A stretch of DNA of 64,000 nt from an uncultured Acidimicrobiia bacterium (GCA_963836205.1 CAWIIV010000006.1:320001-384000); one strand, 5' to 3'. Counted from the first letter of the stretch, positions 50,637-59,533 are shown. The notes: a model not told the origin generated them from the sequence alone. Made by a program: numbers and translations.

Positions 50637-50711
50637 CTACGACCGGTTGCGTCAGACGCAACCGGTCGTAGCGCGTCTGCGAGCCGGATGGGGGGTAGGG
50701 GTCCCATCCGG
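50637..50711. terminator. two tandem hairpins between convergent genes (35-bp perfect palindrome plus 9-bp stem)
   Basis: CTACGACCGGTTGCGTC-A-GACGCAACCGGTCGTAG (50637-50671) and CCGGATGGG-N10-CCCATCCGG (50684-50711). Confidence 0.65.
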
Positions 50712-50943
50712 GCGAGCTCGGGGAGCGCCTCAACCTTGGCGCGAGGGCAGGCCACTCCCACGTCGCCGCACCCGAAAGCCTGAATCCTACGGTTTCACTC
50801 GTCCACGACCACGAGCCCCCCGCACACTGCTGCACGGACCCAGCCTCCGCGCCCTGCCGGTGGCCAGTCGTCTCAGCTAGGCGTCTCCTGGCGGAGGAAG
50901 CGGGGCCCGGCCCTCCCCGGTCGTGGGGGCCGACCCGGGTGGG

Positions 50944-52656
50944 TCAGGGGTCGCGGCGAGGGGTCTTGGCGGGAGCGGCGGGACGGCCCCGGCCGTTCGT
51001 CGGGGCCGACCGAGCGTCCGTGGCCAGCGGGGTGCTCGCCGCCGCCTCTTTCCCCACTCTCGGGGGAGCCGTCCTGTACTCGTACGCATAGGCCGAGCCG
51101 TAGCCACCCGAGGTCGGGACGCCGTTGAGCAAAACTCCCACGAGGGGGGCGTCGACCTGGGCCGCCATGGCCAAGGCCGTCGCCGCCTGCTTCTGCGAGG
51201 TCTGCCCGACGGCGAAGACCATGATGGTGGCGTCGACATGGCGGAACAGCACCAGGGCGTCGGTGACCGGCAGCACCGGCGGAGAGTCGATGAGGACGAT
51301 GTCGGCGTCGGCCTTGAGGGCGGCGAACACCTCCTTGGTGCGGCCGGAGGAGAGCAACTCGGACGGGTTCGGCGGCAGAGGACCCGAAGCCAGCACCCGC
51401 AGCCGGGGGATGCCGGGCACGTTCTGCACTGCGCGCGTGATGGGAGCCTCGCCCAGAAGCATCGACGTGAACCCGATCTCGTTGGAGAGACCGAAGAACT
51501 CGTGGAGCCGGGGTCGGCGGAGGTCGCAGCAGACCAGGGTGACCCGCTGGCCGGCTTTGGCCAGGGCGACGCCCAGGTTGGCCAGGCTCGTGGTCTTGCC
51601 TTCGCCCGCGTTGGCGCTGGTGACCTGCACGACGCCCATCGGTCGGTCGAGGGCCACGAACTGGATGGCGGTGCGCACGGTGCGGTAGGCCTCGGCCGCC
51701 GGGGAGTTGGGGGCGTCCAGGGTGATGAGCTGGACGTCGGCCCGTTCCTTCCAGCCTCCGACGGCGGGGATGACGCCGATGACGGGGGCGCGGCCCGCGA
51801 TCTTCTCCAGATCTTCCCTGGTCTTGATCGAGTCGTCGAGGTACTCGGCCAGGAAGGCCAGCCCGATCCCGAGCATCAGGCCCATGAGGAGCGCGAGCAC
51901 CGCGTTACGTATCGGCTGCGGCCTCACCGGCGAGGTCGGCAGCTCGGCATCGCCTGCCGGCTGCGCCCCACCGGTGGCCAGCTTGGTCTCCACCGTGAGC
52001 TTGTCGAGCGTGTCCTTGAACGCCGCCTGTTGCTGCACCAGGGTCAGGCGCTGGGCACTCACCGAGTCCCTCGTCGGCCCCGGGGCGGCGGCATCGGCGG
52101 CCGGCTCCGCCCGCAATTGGTCGTCCAGCGCCGTGATCTGCTGCTGGAGGGTGCTGATGCGGTCCTGGATCTGCTCGCCGGCCGCCAGGAGGCCGTCGAC
52201 CACCTGCTGGCGACGGACCTCGACGTAGGCGGCGGCGTAGGTGTCGGCCACCAGCACCGCCCGTTTCGGGTCCGCGCTCTCGGCGGTGACCTCGATGACG
52301 TCGGTCTGGCCCACCGGGCTGGCGGTGATGTCAGGGGCGGAGCCGAGCTTGTCGCGGACGGCGTCCTTGACCAGTTGGCTCTTCAGGATCTCGATCTCCG
52401 TGGCCAGGGCGCGGGCCGGGTCGGTGCGCTGACCGGTGTTGGGGTTGAACGGGGACTCGGACTGGTTGTCACGGATGACCAGCCGGGCGCTGGCGGCATA
52501 GACTGGCTCCTGGACGTACGAGGCCAGCAACGCGGCGCCGACCACAACGGCGACGGTGAGGAGCGCAACTTTCTTGCGGCGCCTGAGCACACGCAGGTAG
52601 TCGCGCAGCTCTAGCTCAGATGTCGAAACCTGCTCTGTCGCCGTGACCACCGCCAT
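50944..52656 (-). CDS. wzc: Wzz-Wzc polysaccharide co-polymerase/tyrosine autokinase (intact)
   Basis: ELELRDYL, two TMs, AEAYRTVRT, SANAGEGKTT, DLRRP, DSPP, Tyr cluster YGSAYAYEY. Confidence 0.92.
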   Translation of the reverse strand: MAVVTATEQVSTSELELRDYLRVLRRRKKVALLTVAVVVGAALLASYVQEPVYAASARLVIRDNQSESPFNPNTGQRTDPARALATEIEILKSQLVKDAVRDKLGSAPDITASPVGQTDVIEVTAESADPKRAVLVADTYAAAYVEVRRQQVVDGLLAAGEQIQDRISTLQQQITALDDQLRAEPAADAAAPGPTRDSVSAQRLTLVQQQAAFKDTLDKLTVETKLATGGAQPAGDAELPTSPVRPQPIRNAVLALLMGLMLGIGLAFLAEYLDDSIKTREDLEKIAGRAPVIGVIPAVGGWKERADVQLITLDAPNSPAAEAYRTVRTAIQFVALDRPMGVVQVTSANAGEGKTTSLANLGVALAKAGQRVTLVCCDLRRPRLHEFFGLSNEIGFTSMLLGEAPITRAVQNVPGIPRLRVLASGPLPPNPSELLSSGRTKEVFAALKADADIVLIDSPPVLPVTDALVLFRHVDATIMVFAVGQTSQKQAATALAMAAQVDAPLVGVLLNGVPTSGGYGSAYAYEYRTAPPRVGKEAAASTPLATDARSAPTNGRGRPAAPAKTPRRDP

Positions 52657-52773
52657 CCAGCCTAACCGGCCGTCGCCGGGCTCAGTCCGGCTCAGCCACA
52701 ATGTCAGTCAGCCGCGCCCACGAGCTGTTTCGCCGCCAGTAGCCGTTTCGATCGACAAGGGAGAAGGCGTCGC

Positions 52774-53364
52774 GTGGACCACCTGATGGGCGACACCGAT
52801 CCCCCCGGGCAAATGATCTCTGTCCCGTCCTCCGCGGCACCACATCGGCTGGGCGACGGCCTCACCGTCTGGCTCACCGGGCTGCCGTCGGCGGGCAAGA
52901 CCACCATCGCCAACGGTCTGGCCGAGCGCCTCACGCAGGCCGGCTACCCGGTGGAGGTACTCGACGGCGACTGCGTGCGCAAGGTGCTCGGGCCCGAGCT
53001 GGGGTACAGCCGCGAGGATCGCGACCGCAACGTGCGGCGGGTCGGCTACGTGGCCGAGCTCCTCAGCCGCCATGGCGTGGTGGTGGTCTGCGCCCTCGTG
53101 TCGCCCTACCGGTCCACCCGCGACGCAGTGCGGGCCGAGCACGAGGGCCGGTTCTTCGAGGTCCTGGTGGCCACGCCGCCGTCGGTGTGCGCCGAGCGGG
53201 ACGTGAAGGGCCTCTACGCCAGCCAGTCGGCGGGGGACATGAACGGCCTCACCGGCGTTGACGACCCTTACGAGCCGCCCCTCGACCCCGACGTCGTCGT
53301 CCCCACCCACACCCAGACGGTGGCGGAGTCGGTGCAGACAGTCTGGGACGCCCTTCCCCGATGA
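52774..53364 (+). CDS. cysC: adenylyl-sulfate kinase
   Basis: WLTGLPSAGKTT, LDGD, LGYSREDRDRNVRR, SPY, RDVKGLY, TGVDDPYEPP. Confidence 0.93.
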   Translation: MDHLMGDTDPPGQMISVPSSAAPHRLGDGLTVWLTGLPSAGKTTIANGLAERLTQAGYPVEVLDGDCVRKVLGPELGYSREDRDRNVRRVGYVAELLSRHGVVVVCALVSPYRSTRDAVRAEHEGRFFEVLVATPPSVCAERDVKGLYASQSAGDMNGLTGVDDPYEPPLDPDVVVPTHTQTVAESVQTVWDALPR

Positions 53365-54290
53365 GTCCGCTCACCCGCCCCCGCCAGCCGTTCGAGCTCT
53401 CCCACCTCGACGCCCTCGAGTCGGAAGCCATCTACATCATGCGGGAGGTGGCGGCCGAACTTGAGCGCCCAGTGCTGCTGTTCAGCGGGGGCAAGGACTC
53501 GTTGGTGCTCCTGCGCCTGGCGGAGAAGGCGTTCCGGCCGGCGAAGTTTCCGTTCCCGGTGATGCACATCGACACTGGGCACAACTTTCCCGAGGCTCTC
53601 GAGTTCCGCGACCGGCGGGTGGCGGAGCTGGGCGAGCGGCTCATCGTGGCCAGCGTCCAGGACTCGATCGACAAGGGGCGAGCCACCGAGGTGGGGGGGC
53701 CGACGGCGTCCCGCAACCGGCTCCAGACCATCACGTTGCTCGACGCCATCGCCGAGCACGGCTTCGACTCCTGCTTCGGCGGTGCCCGGCGTGACGAGGA
53801 CAAGGCCCGGGCCAAGGAACGGGTGTTCTCGTTCCGTGACGACTTCGGGCAGTGGGACCCCAAGAACCAGCGCCCGGAGCTGTGGTCGCTCTACAACGGC
53901 CGGGTCCACAAGGGCGAGCACATCCGGGCCTTTCCCATCTCCAACTGGACCGAGCTCGACGTGTGGATGTACATCGCCAAGGAGAAGCTGGAGCTGCCGT
54001 CGATCTACTTCGCCCACCGGCGGGTCGTCGTCCCCCGGGACGGGATGCTGCTGGCCGTGGGTCCGGTGGTGACCCCCCTCCCCCACGAGGAGCCGGCCGA
54101 GATGCTCGTGCGGTTCCGCACGGTGGGCGACATGTCGTGCACGGGGGCGGTGCTGTCGTCGGCATCGACGGTGGACGAGGTGATCGTCGAGGTCATGGCC
54201 ACCCGCATCACCGAGCGGGGCGCGACCCGGGCCGACGACAAGTTCTCCGAGGCCGCCATGGAGGACCGCAAGAAAGAAGGGTATTTCTGA
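53361..54290 (+). CDS. cysD: sulfate adenylyltransferase subunit 2
   Basis: LESEAIYIMREV, FSGGKDS, GGARRDE.KARAKER, NQRPELW, MEDRKKEGYF. Confidence 0.96.
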   Translation: MSPLTRPRQPFELSHLDALESEAIYIMREVAAELERPVLLFSGGKDSLVLLRLAEKAFRPAKFPFPVMHIDTGHNFPEALEFRDRRVAELGERLIVASVQDSIDKGRATEVGGPTASRNRLQTITLLDAIAEHGFDSCFGGARRDEDKARAKERVFSFRDDFGQWDPKNQRPELWSLYNGRVHKGEHIRAFPISNWTELDVWMYIAKEKLELPSIYFAHRRVVVPRDGMLLAVGPVVTPLPHEEPAEMLVRFRTVGDMSCTGAVLSSASTVDEVIVEVMATRITERGATRADDKFSEAAMEDRKKEGYF

Positions 54291-55543
54291 TGGACTTAGT
54301 GCGGGTCGCCACCGCCGGGTCCGTCGACGACGGCAAGTCCACGCTCATCGGCCGGCTGCTCTACGACTCCAAGCAGATCCTGGAGGACACCCTCGAAGCG
54401 GTGGAGAAGTCGAGCACCCAGCGGGGCTACGACTACATGAACCTGGCGTTGCTCACCGACGGACTCCGGGCGGAGCGGGAGCAGGGCATCACCATCGATG
54501 TCGCCTACCGCTACTTCACCACCGCCCGCCGCAAGTTCATCCTGGCCGACACCCCCGGGCACATCCAGTACACCCGCAACATGGTGACGGGGGCGTCGAC
54601 GGCCGACGTGGCCCTGGTGCTGGTCGATGCCCGCAAGGGGCTGTTGGAGCAGTCCCGCCGGCACGCGTTCCTGGCCACCCTGCTCCGGGTGCCCCACGTG
54701 GCCGTCTGCGTGAACAAGATGGACCTGGTCGACTGGGACCAGGGGGTGTACGAGGCCATCCGGGACGAGTTCCGGGCCTTCGCCACCCGCCTGGAGATCG
54801 CCGACCTGTCGTTCTTCCCGGTGTGCGCCCTGCACGGCGACAACATCGTCGACCGCTCGCAGAACATGCCGTGGTACCGGGGGCTGCCCCTGCTGGTGCA
54901 CCTGGAGGAGCTGCACATCGCCTCCGACCGCAACCTGGTCGACGGCCGCTTCCCGGTGCAGTACGTGGTGCGGCCCTTGACCGAGGAGCACCACGACTAC
55001 CGGGCCTACGCCGGCGTGGTGGCGGGGGGCGTGTTCCGGCCCGGCGACGAGGTGGTCGTGCTGCCGTCGGGGATGACGACGACGATCGCGGGGATCGACA
55101 CGTTCGACGGGCCGGTGGAGGAGGCGTTCCCCCCCATGTCGGTGTCGATGCGGCTGAGCGACGATGTCGACGTGTCCCGGGGCGACATGATCTGCCGGCC
55201 GGGCAACCAGCCCGAGATCTCCCAGGACATCGACGCCATGGTGTGCTGGATGGCCGACAAACCGCTGGTGGAGGGGGGTCGGTACGGCCTGAAGCACACC
55301 ACCCGGTCGGTGCGGGCGGTCGTGCGCGACCTCCGCTACCGGCTCGACGTGACGACATTGCACCGGGACGAGACCGCCGTCGACCTCGGGTTGAACCAGG
55401 TGGGCCGCATCACCATTCGCACCACGGCCCCCCTGATGTACGACGACTACCACCGCAGCCGGAGCACCGGGAGCTTCATCCTCATCGACGAGTCCACCAA
55501 CGCCACCGTCGCCGCGGGCATGATCCTCGACCGCCACTCGTAG
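54290..55543 (+). CDS. cysN: sulfate adenylyltransferase subunit 1 (GTPase)
   Basis: GSVDDGKSTLIGRLL, DGLRAEREQGITIDVAY, DTPGH, NKMD, GSFILID. Confidence 0.95.
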   Translation: MDLVRVATAGSVDDGKSTLIGRLLYDSKQILEDTLEAVEKSSTQRGYDYMNLALLTDGLRAEREQGITIDVAYRYFTTARRKFILADTPGHIQYTRNMVTGASTADVALVLVDARKGLLEQSRRHAFLATLLRVPHVAVCVNKMDLVDWDQGVYEAIRDEFRAFATRLEIADLSFFPVCALHGDNIVDRSQNMPWYRGLPLLVHLEELHIASDRNLVDGRFPVQYVVRPLTEEHHDYRAYAGVVAGGVFRPGDEVVVLPSGMTTTIAGIDTFDGPVEEAFPPMSVSMRLSDDVDVSRGDMICRPGNQPEISQDIDAMVCWMADKPLVEGGRYGLKHTTRSVRAVVRDLRYRLDVTTLHRDETAVDLGLNQVGRITIRTTAPLMYDDYHRSRSTGSFILIDESTNATVAAGMILDRHS

Positions 55544-55551
55544 GCGACGAC

Positions 55552-55689
55552 TCGTGGCGAGCGATCGCCACGAATGCCCCCGGGGGTTGCTCGTGCCAAT
55601 CGTTCGCTTGCGAGTGGCGGTGGTGGTGGAGCCATCGCCACGAACAGCCCCTCCTCGGGGCACTTGCGCCAATCGTTCGTCACGAACGA
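55552..55689. repeat. REP-like cluster of hairpins and imperfect direct repeats
   Basis: ATCGCCACGAA at 55564 and 55634, GCCAATCGTTCG at 55595 and 55668. Hairpins TCGTGGCGA/TCGCCACGA and TCGTTCGT/ACGAACGA. Confidence 0.6.
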
Positions 55690-55704
55690 CGCCGGGTCAG
55701 CGTG

Positions 55705-56223
55705 TCAGACGGGCCACTCGATCTGGCGGACGAGCTCGGTGACCGCCACGCCGAGGAGGCCGCTCCTGTCGGTCTCCTCGTAGGCGGCTCCGGCGAGGAC
55801 GAACCACCGCAGCTCGCGGCTGAGGGGGTCGGCGACGCAGATCTCGTCGACGAGGTGCCGGGCGTAGAAATCGAACTTGGCCCACGTCTCGTCGTCGGGT
55901 GAGACGACCTCCACCACGATGGCGGCCGTCGGGATCCAGACCGCGGACGGCAACTGGCGGTGGAAGCCCCGGTCGGGAACCCGGAAGTCGTCCGGATCAC
56001 CGAGGTTGAATGGGTCAGTTCCGACAAGCCCGGCCGCCCGGGCATACGGACCGAGCAACTCGGCCAGGAGTGCCCCCACGTAGCCGTGCCAGGCATGGGC
56101 CATCGGCGCCACGTGGTAGACCCCCTCCCACACCTCGTCGTGCCCGTCCTGACCCAGGGCCCGCCGGCGCTCGAGGAACGCCTCGAACTCGGGGGGCCGC
56201 GGACCGAGAACCACCGTCTTCAC
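55705..56223 (-). CDS. Uma2 (DUF820) family PD-(D/E)xK putative endonuclease
   Basis: E.WEG...P...H, RVPD, VVEVVSP, K..FYA...E....D. Confidence 0.85.
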   Translation of the reverse strand: MKTVVLGPRPPEFEAFLERRRALGQDGHDEVWEGVYHVAPMAHAWHGYVGALLAELLGPYARAAGLVGTDPFNLGDPDDFRVPDRGFHRQLPSAVWIPTAAIVVEVVSPDDETWAKFDFYARHLVDEICVADPLSRELRWFVLAGAAYEETDRSGLLGVAVTELVRQIEWPV

Positions 56224-56263
56224 GTCGTCCAGCGTACCGATTGGACCGGGGCCCAGGGAGGCC

Positions 56264-56755
56264 TCAGATGCAGCCGACGTTGGCCGCTCCAGCCCGGAGC
56301 TCGGCGTCGTCGATCATCTCGAGGAGCTGGCGGAACAGGGCGCAGGCCTCCGAGTCGTAGCCGGGAAGGCCGGGGGGCGTCTCGTCGCCGGGATCCTCGG
56401 TGTCGTCGGGTGCCGACGAACCCCCGGCGGTGGTCGTCATCGGGGACCCACCCGGGGCCGACGACCCCCCGGCGGAGGTGGTGGGCGTCGAGGACCCTAA
56501 GCCGGGCTGGCCAGGGGACGATGGAGACGACGCCGACGGCGAGCCCGTGGACGGCAGCGTCGTGGCCGTGGGCGACGACGGCCGTGTCGTGGTGAGCGCC
56601 GGCAGCCCAGTTGTGGGTCGCGGGCCCGACGACGGCGATTCGGGGTCGGAGTTTCCGAGGAGCGCCACCGCCCCGAACACGGCCAGTCCGAGGACGACAA
56701 CAGCAGCGACGACGATGGCCACCAGAGGACCGCGAGAGCGGGCTTCGCCGACCAT
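56264..56755 (-). CDS. single-TM protein with Ser/Thr/Pro stalk and C-terminal two-Cys helical tip
   Basis: N-terminal TM, low-complexity stalk, ends ACALFRQLLEMIDDAELRAGAANVGCI. Confidence 0.7.
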   Translation of the reverse strand: MVGEARSRGPLVAIVVAAVVVLGLAVFGAVALLGNSDPESPSSGPRPTTGLPALTTTRPSSPTATTLPSTGSPSASSPSSPGQPGLGSSTPTTSAGGSSAPGGSPMTTTAGGSSAPDDTEDPGDETPPGLPGYDSEACALFRQLLEMIDDAELRAGAANVGCI

Positions 56756-56852
56756 GTCGCCGACCAGGCTAGTCGTCCCCGGGCGGGGCGTCGGGTGGGG
56801 GCGCCGATCGGGCCTGGGGGCGCCCAGTCGAGCGGGGCAGTAGGTTCGTCAC

Positions 56853-57178
56853 GTGAAGGTCCTGGCCACCGGCGCGGCCGGATTCATCGGTTCCGACGTC
56901 GCCCGGGCGCTGCTCGACCGGGGGGACGAGAGGCCAACGAGCTGATGGCTCACGGCTACAGCCACCTTTACCGGATCCCGCCACCGGCCTGCGCCTGGTC
57001 ACCGTCTACGGGCCCTGGTCGGCCCGACATGGCCGCCTTCCTGTTCACCAGGGCCACCCTCGACGGAAACTCGATCGACGCGTTCAAGCGGGCCGATACA
57101 GCGCGATCGAACGGGCACCGACGGCCGACCGGGATCGAGCGCTTCGTCGCCTGGTGCCGGGAGTACTACGGGGTCTGA
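56853..57178 (+). pseudogene. internally deleted NAD-dependent epimerase remnant (UDP-glucuronate 4-epimerase-like)
   Basis: Fragments MKVLATGAAGFIG...DRGDE / ANELMAHGYSHLY / TGLRLVTVYGPW / RPDMAAFLFT / GIERFVAW.REYYGV lie in shifting frames within 326 bp. Confidence 0.85.
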
Positions 57179-57181
57179 GCG

Positions 57182-57574
57182 TTGACCCTTTCCACCGTCG
57201 GCCGGGTGGCGCTCGCGGTCGTCTTCGCCGCGGCCGCGGTGGGAAAGCTGGCCGACCGGAGGGGGGCGGTGGCTGCGGCCGAGGGGTTGGGGGTGCCGGC
57301 GGCGGGGGCGGGCCCGGTGACGGTCGGGCTGGCAACGGCGGAGCTGGCTGTGGCCGCGGCCCTCGTGTGGCCGCCGACGGCAGCCGTGGGCGCGGCGGCG
57401 GGGCTCTTCATCCTCGCCCTGCTCACCTGCCTGGTGGTGCTCAACCTGCGCCGGGGCCGCCGCCCGCCGTGCCATTGCTTCGGCCGGGTGAACGCCGCCC
57501 CCATCGGTGCCGCCACCGTGGTACGGAATGTGGTGTTCATGGCGCTGGCGGTGGGCGTGCTGCTGACCGCCTGA
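57182..57574 (+). CDS. MauE/DoxX family membrane protein
   Basis: LAVVFAAAAVGKL, AELAVA, RGRRPPCHCFG, RN motif. Confidence 0.85.
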   Translation: MTLSTVGRVALAVVFAAAAVGKLADRRGAVAAAEGLGVPAAGAGPVTVGLATAELAVAAALVWPPTAAVGAAAGLFILALLTCLVVLNLRRGRRPPCHCFGRVNAAPIGAATVVRNVVFMALAVGVLLTA

Positions 57575-57594
57575 CCGCTTAACCGGACGGCCGG

Positions 57595-58101
57595 CTACCC
57601 GGCGGCGCGGCAGACGTTGGTGAGGTAGGCCTGGAGGCGGGTGACGGAGTCGAGGAACTGCTCGTTCTGCAGGGCTCCCAGGTCGGCGGCCGACATGTTG
57701 GTGACGTTGAAGTCGACGGCGGCCGCCGCCGCCTGCACCGTCTTGAACGTGTCGGAGATGCGCATGACGTCGGGCTTGATCTCGGGCGGGGCGACTTCGA
57801 CCGCCTGATCGATGGAGTCGAGGGACTTTGCGAAAGCGGCCTCGAGCGCCTCCGGCGCGGCGGATGCGGAAACGCCCTGCTGGCTGTCGGTGAAGGCGGT
57901 GATGAACTCGCAGAACTCGGCGCTGCCCTCACCGGTGAAACGGGTGTCGACCGTCCGGGTGGAGGTCGTGGCCGCGGGCGCCGTGGTCGAGGTGGCGGCC
58001 GCGTTGTCGTCGCCGTCGTCGGAGTCGCTACAGCCTCCGAGCGTCAGGAGGGCGACGAGGCAGGCGGCGGGCACGACCAGGGCGGAGCGAACGATGCGCA
58101 T
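57595..58101 (-). CDS. lipoprotein with FC...C helical domain
   Basis: Lipobox LGGC, Thr-rich linker, helical domain bounded by two Cys. Confidence 0.8.
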   Translation of the reverse strand: MRIVRSALVVPAACLVALLTLGGCSDSDDGDDNAAATSTTAPAATTSTRTVDTRFTGEGSAEFCEFITAFTDSQQGVSASAAPEALEAAFAKSLDSIDQAVEVAPPEIKPDVMRISDTFKTVQAAAAAVDFNVTNMSAADLGALQNEQFLDSVTRLQAYLTNVCRAAG

Positions 58102-58110
58102 CCGCTCTCT

Positions 58111-59043
58111 CTAGCAGACGTCGGCGATGTACTGGTTGAACCGGTCCCGGGCCGTCCTCGCGTCGGCCGTGGCCAGGCCCGCGAATGCGCCGGGGCCGAG
58201 CCGGCTGCGGTCGTAGCCGGCCGCCTCCATGTCGTCGAAGAGCCGGCCGAAGCCCCGGGCCAGGATGTCGACGTCGCCCTGGAGCTCGGAGGGGGCAGTG
58301 GCCTGGGCGGTGGCGAAGGAGTCGCGGGCCCACTCCACCGCGTTCTCGAGCTCGGACGGGCCGGATGCCGCGCCGACCGCCTCGAGTGCGGCACTCAGGT
58401 CGTAGGCGGGACCGCAGAAGTCGGTGGAGGTGGGAATCGGCGGGGTCGTCCCGCCGCCGGTGTTGTTGCCGCCACCGCCGGTGTTGTTGTTGCCGCCGCC
58501 GGTGTTGTTGCCGCCTCCGGTGTTGTTGCCTCCTCCGGTGTTGTTGCCTCCTCCGGTGTTGTTGCCACCGGTAGTGCCACCACCGGTGTTGTCACCCGTG
58601 CCGGTTCCGGTCCCGGTGCCCGTCCCCGTGCCGATGCCCGTCCCTGTCCCAGTCCCGCCCGAGCCGGTGCCGGCAGGGGGGGAAACCAACTCGGGCGGGA
58701 GGGCGACGACGGGTACGCCGAGGATCTGCAGCGCCCCCAGGCCGGGGGAGAGCACCGGGCTGGCGCCCGTCTCGCCGATGTCAGTGCCGGTTTCGGGACT
58801 GGTGTTCGCCCCGGCGAGGATCGACGGGACCTGGCCGGGGGTGGTGACGGTCGTGATCGCGGACCCCGTCCTCCCGGCCGTGTCGGCCGGCTGCGTCCCG
58901 ATGGGAGCGGAAATGGGGGTGGTCGAACCCGATCCCGTCCGTGCCGTCTTCGACGAGTCGCTACTGCAGCCGGCGAAGAGGGCTGCCGCGGCCAGGACAG
59001 CGATGAGGGTGTTCTGCCGCGTGCGCACCCCCCCTTGTACCAC
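58111..59043 (-). CDS. lipoprotein with Gly/Thr/Asn repeats and paralogous FC...C helical domain
   Basis: Lipobox FAGC, (GT)n and (GGNNTG)n linker, C-domain aligns with 57595..58101. Confidence 0.78.
   Translation of the reverse strand: MVQGGVRTRQNTLIAVLAAAALFAGCSSDSSKTARTGSGSTTPISAPIGTQPADTAGRTGSAITTVTTPGQVPSILAGANTSPETGTDIGETGASPVLSPGLGALQILGVPVVALPPELVSPPAGTGSGGTGTGTGIGTGTGTGTGTGTGDNTGGGTTGGNNTGGGNNTGGGNNTGGGNNTGGGNNNTGGGGNNTGGGTTPPIPTSTDFCGPAYDLSAALEAVGAASGPSELENAVEWARDSFATAQATAPSELQGDVDILARGFGRLFDDMEAAGYDRSRLGPGAFAGLATADARTARDRFNQYIADVC
58450..58660 (-). repeat. coding VNTR-like repeats: 18-bp GGNNTG units and 6-bp GT units
   Basis: CCGGTGTTGTTGCC recurs about every 18 bp, next to a GTGTGT peptide run. 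Confidence 0.8.
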
Positions 59044-59047
59044 AGCC

Positions 59048-59503
59048 TCAGTGCGGAACCCAGGCGTCTGGGTCGGCAGTGAGGGAGCGAATGGCGGGCG
59101 GGAGGTCGCCCGAGACGACCTGGGCCAGGCTCACGTTCTCCAGAACCGAGCGCAGGCTGGCCCGCACCGCCACCCATACCTCCTGGAGATGCTCGGCCGA
59201 GCCCGTGTAGATCGCGTGCTCCGGACGGTCGCCCCGGACCTCGGCCAGGGGACCCTCGACTGCCCGCATGACGTCGGCCAGGGAGATCGCGGTCGCCGGC
59301 CGGGCCAGCCGGTATCCGCCCTCCGACCCCCGCTGGCTGGCCACCAGTCCCCCCCGGCGCAGCTGGTTGAGGATGTTCTGGAGGAACTGGCGGGGCAGCT
59401 CGGCCGTGGTGGCCAGGGCTTCGGCCGGCACTGGGTCGCCGCCGGCCGCGGCCAGGGCCAACAGCGCCCGCACCGCGTAGTCGACCTTGGCCGAGATGTG
59501 CAC
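59048..59503 (-). CDS. Rrf2 family transcriptional regulator (no Fe-S Cys; CymR-like)
   Basis: ISAKVDYAVRAL, SQRG.EGGYRLARP, ISLADV.RAVEGPL. The protein contains no cysteine. Confidence 0.92.
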   Translation of the reverse strand: MHISAKVDYAVRALLALAAAGGDPVPAEALATTAELPRQFLQNILNQLRRGGLVASQRGSEGGYRLARPATAISLADVMRAVEGPLAEVRGDRPEHAIYTGSAEHLQEVWVAVRASLRSVLENVSLAQVVSGDLPPAIRSLTADPDAWVPH

Positions 59504-59533
59504 GCCCTCAGTCTGCCGCGCCGGCCGAGCCGG

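Noticed and set aside
50760-50880. c-di-AMP (ydaO) riboswitch suggested by CTGAATCC
   Set aside because: Other consensus blocks are absent and the site lies between convergent 3' ends.
55552-55689. mini-CRISPR
   Set aside because: Only two degenerate units with short conserved blocks and no cas genes.
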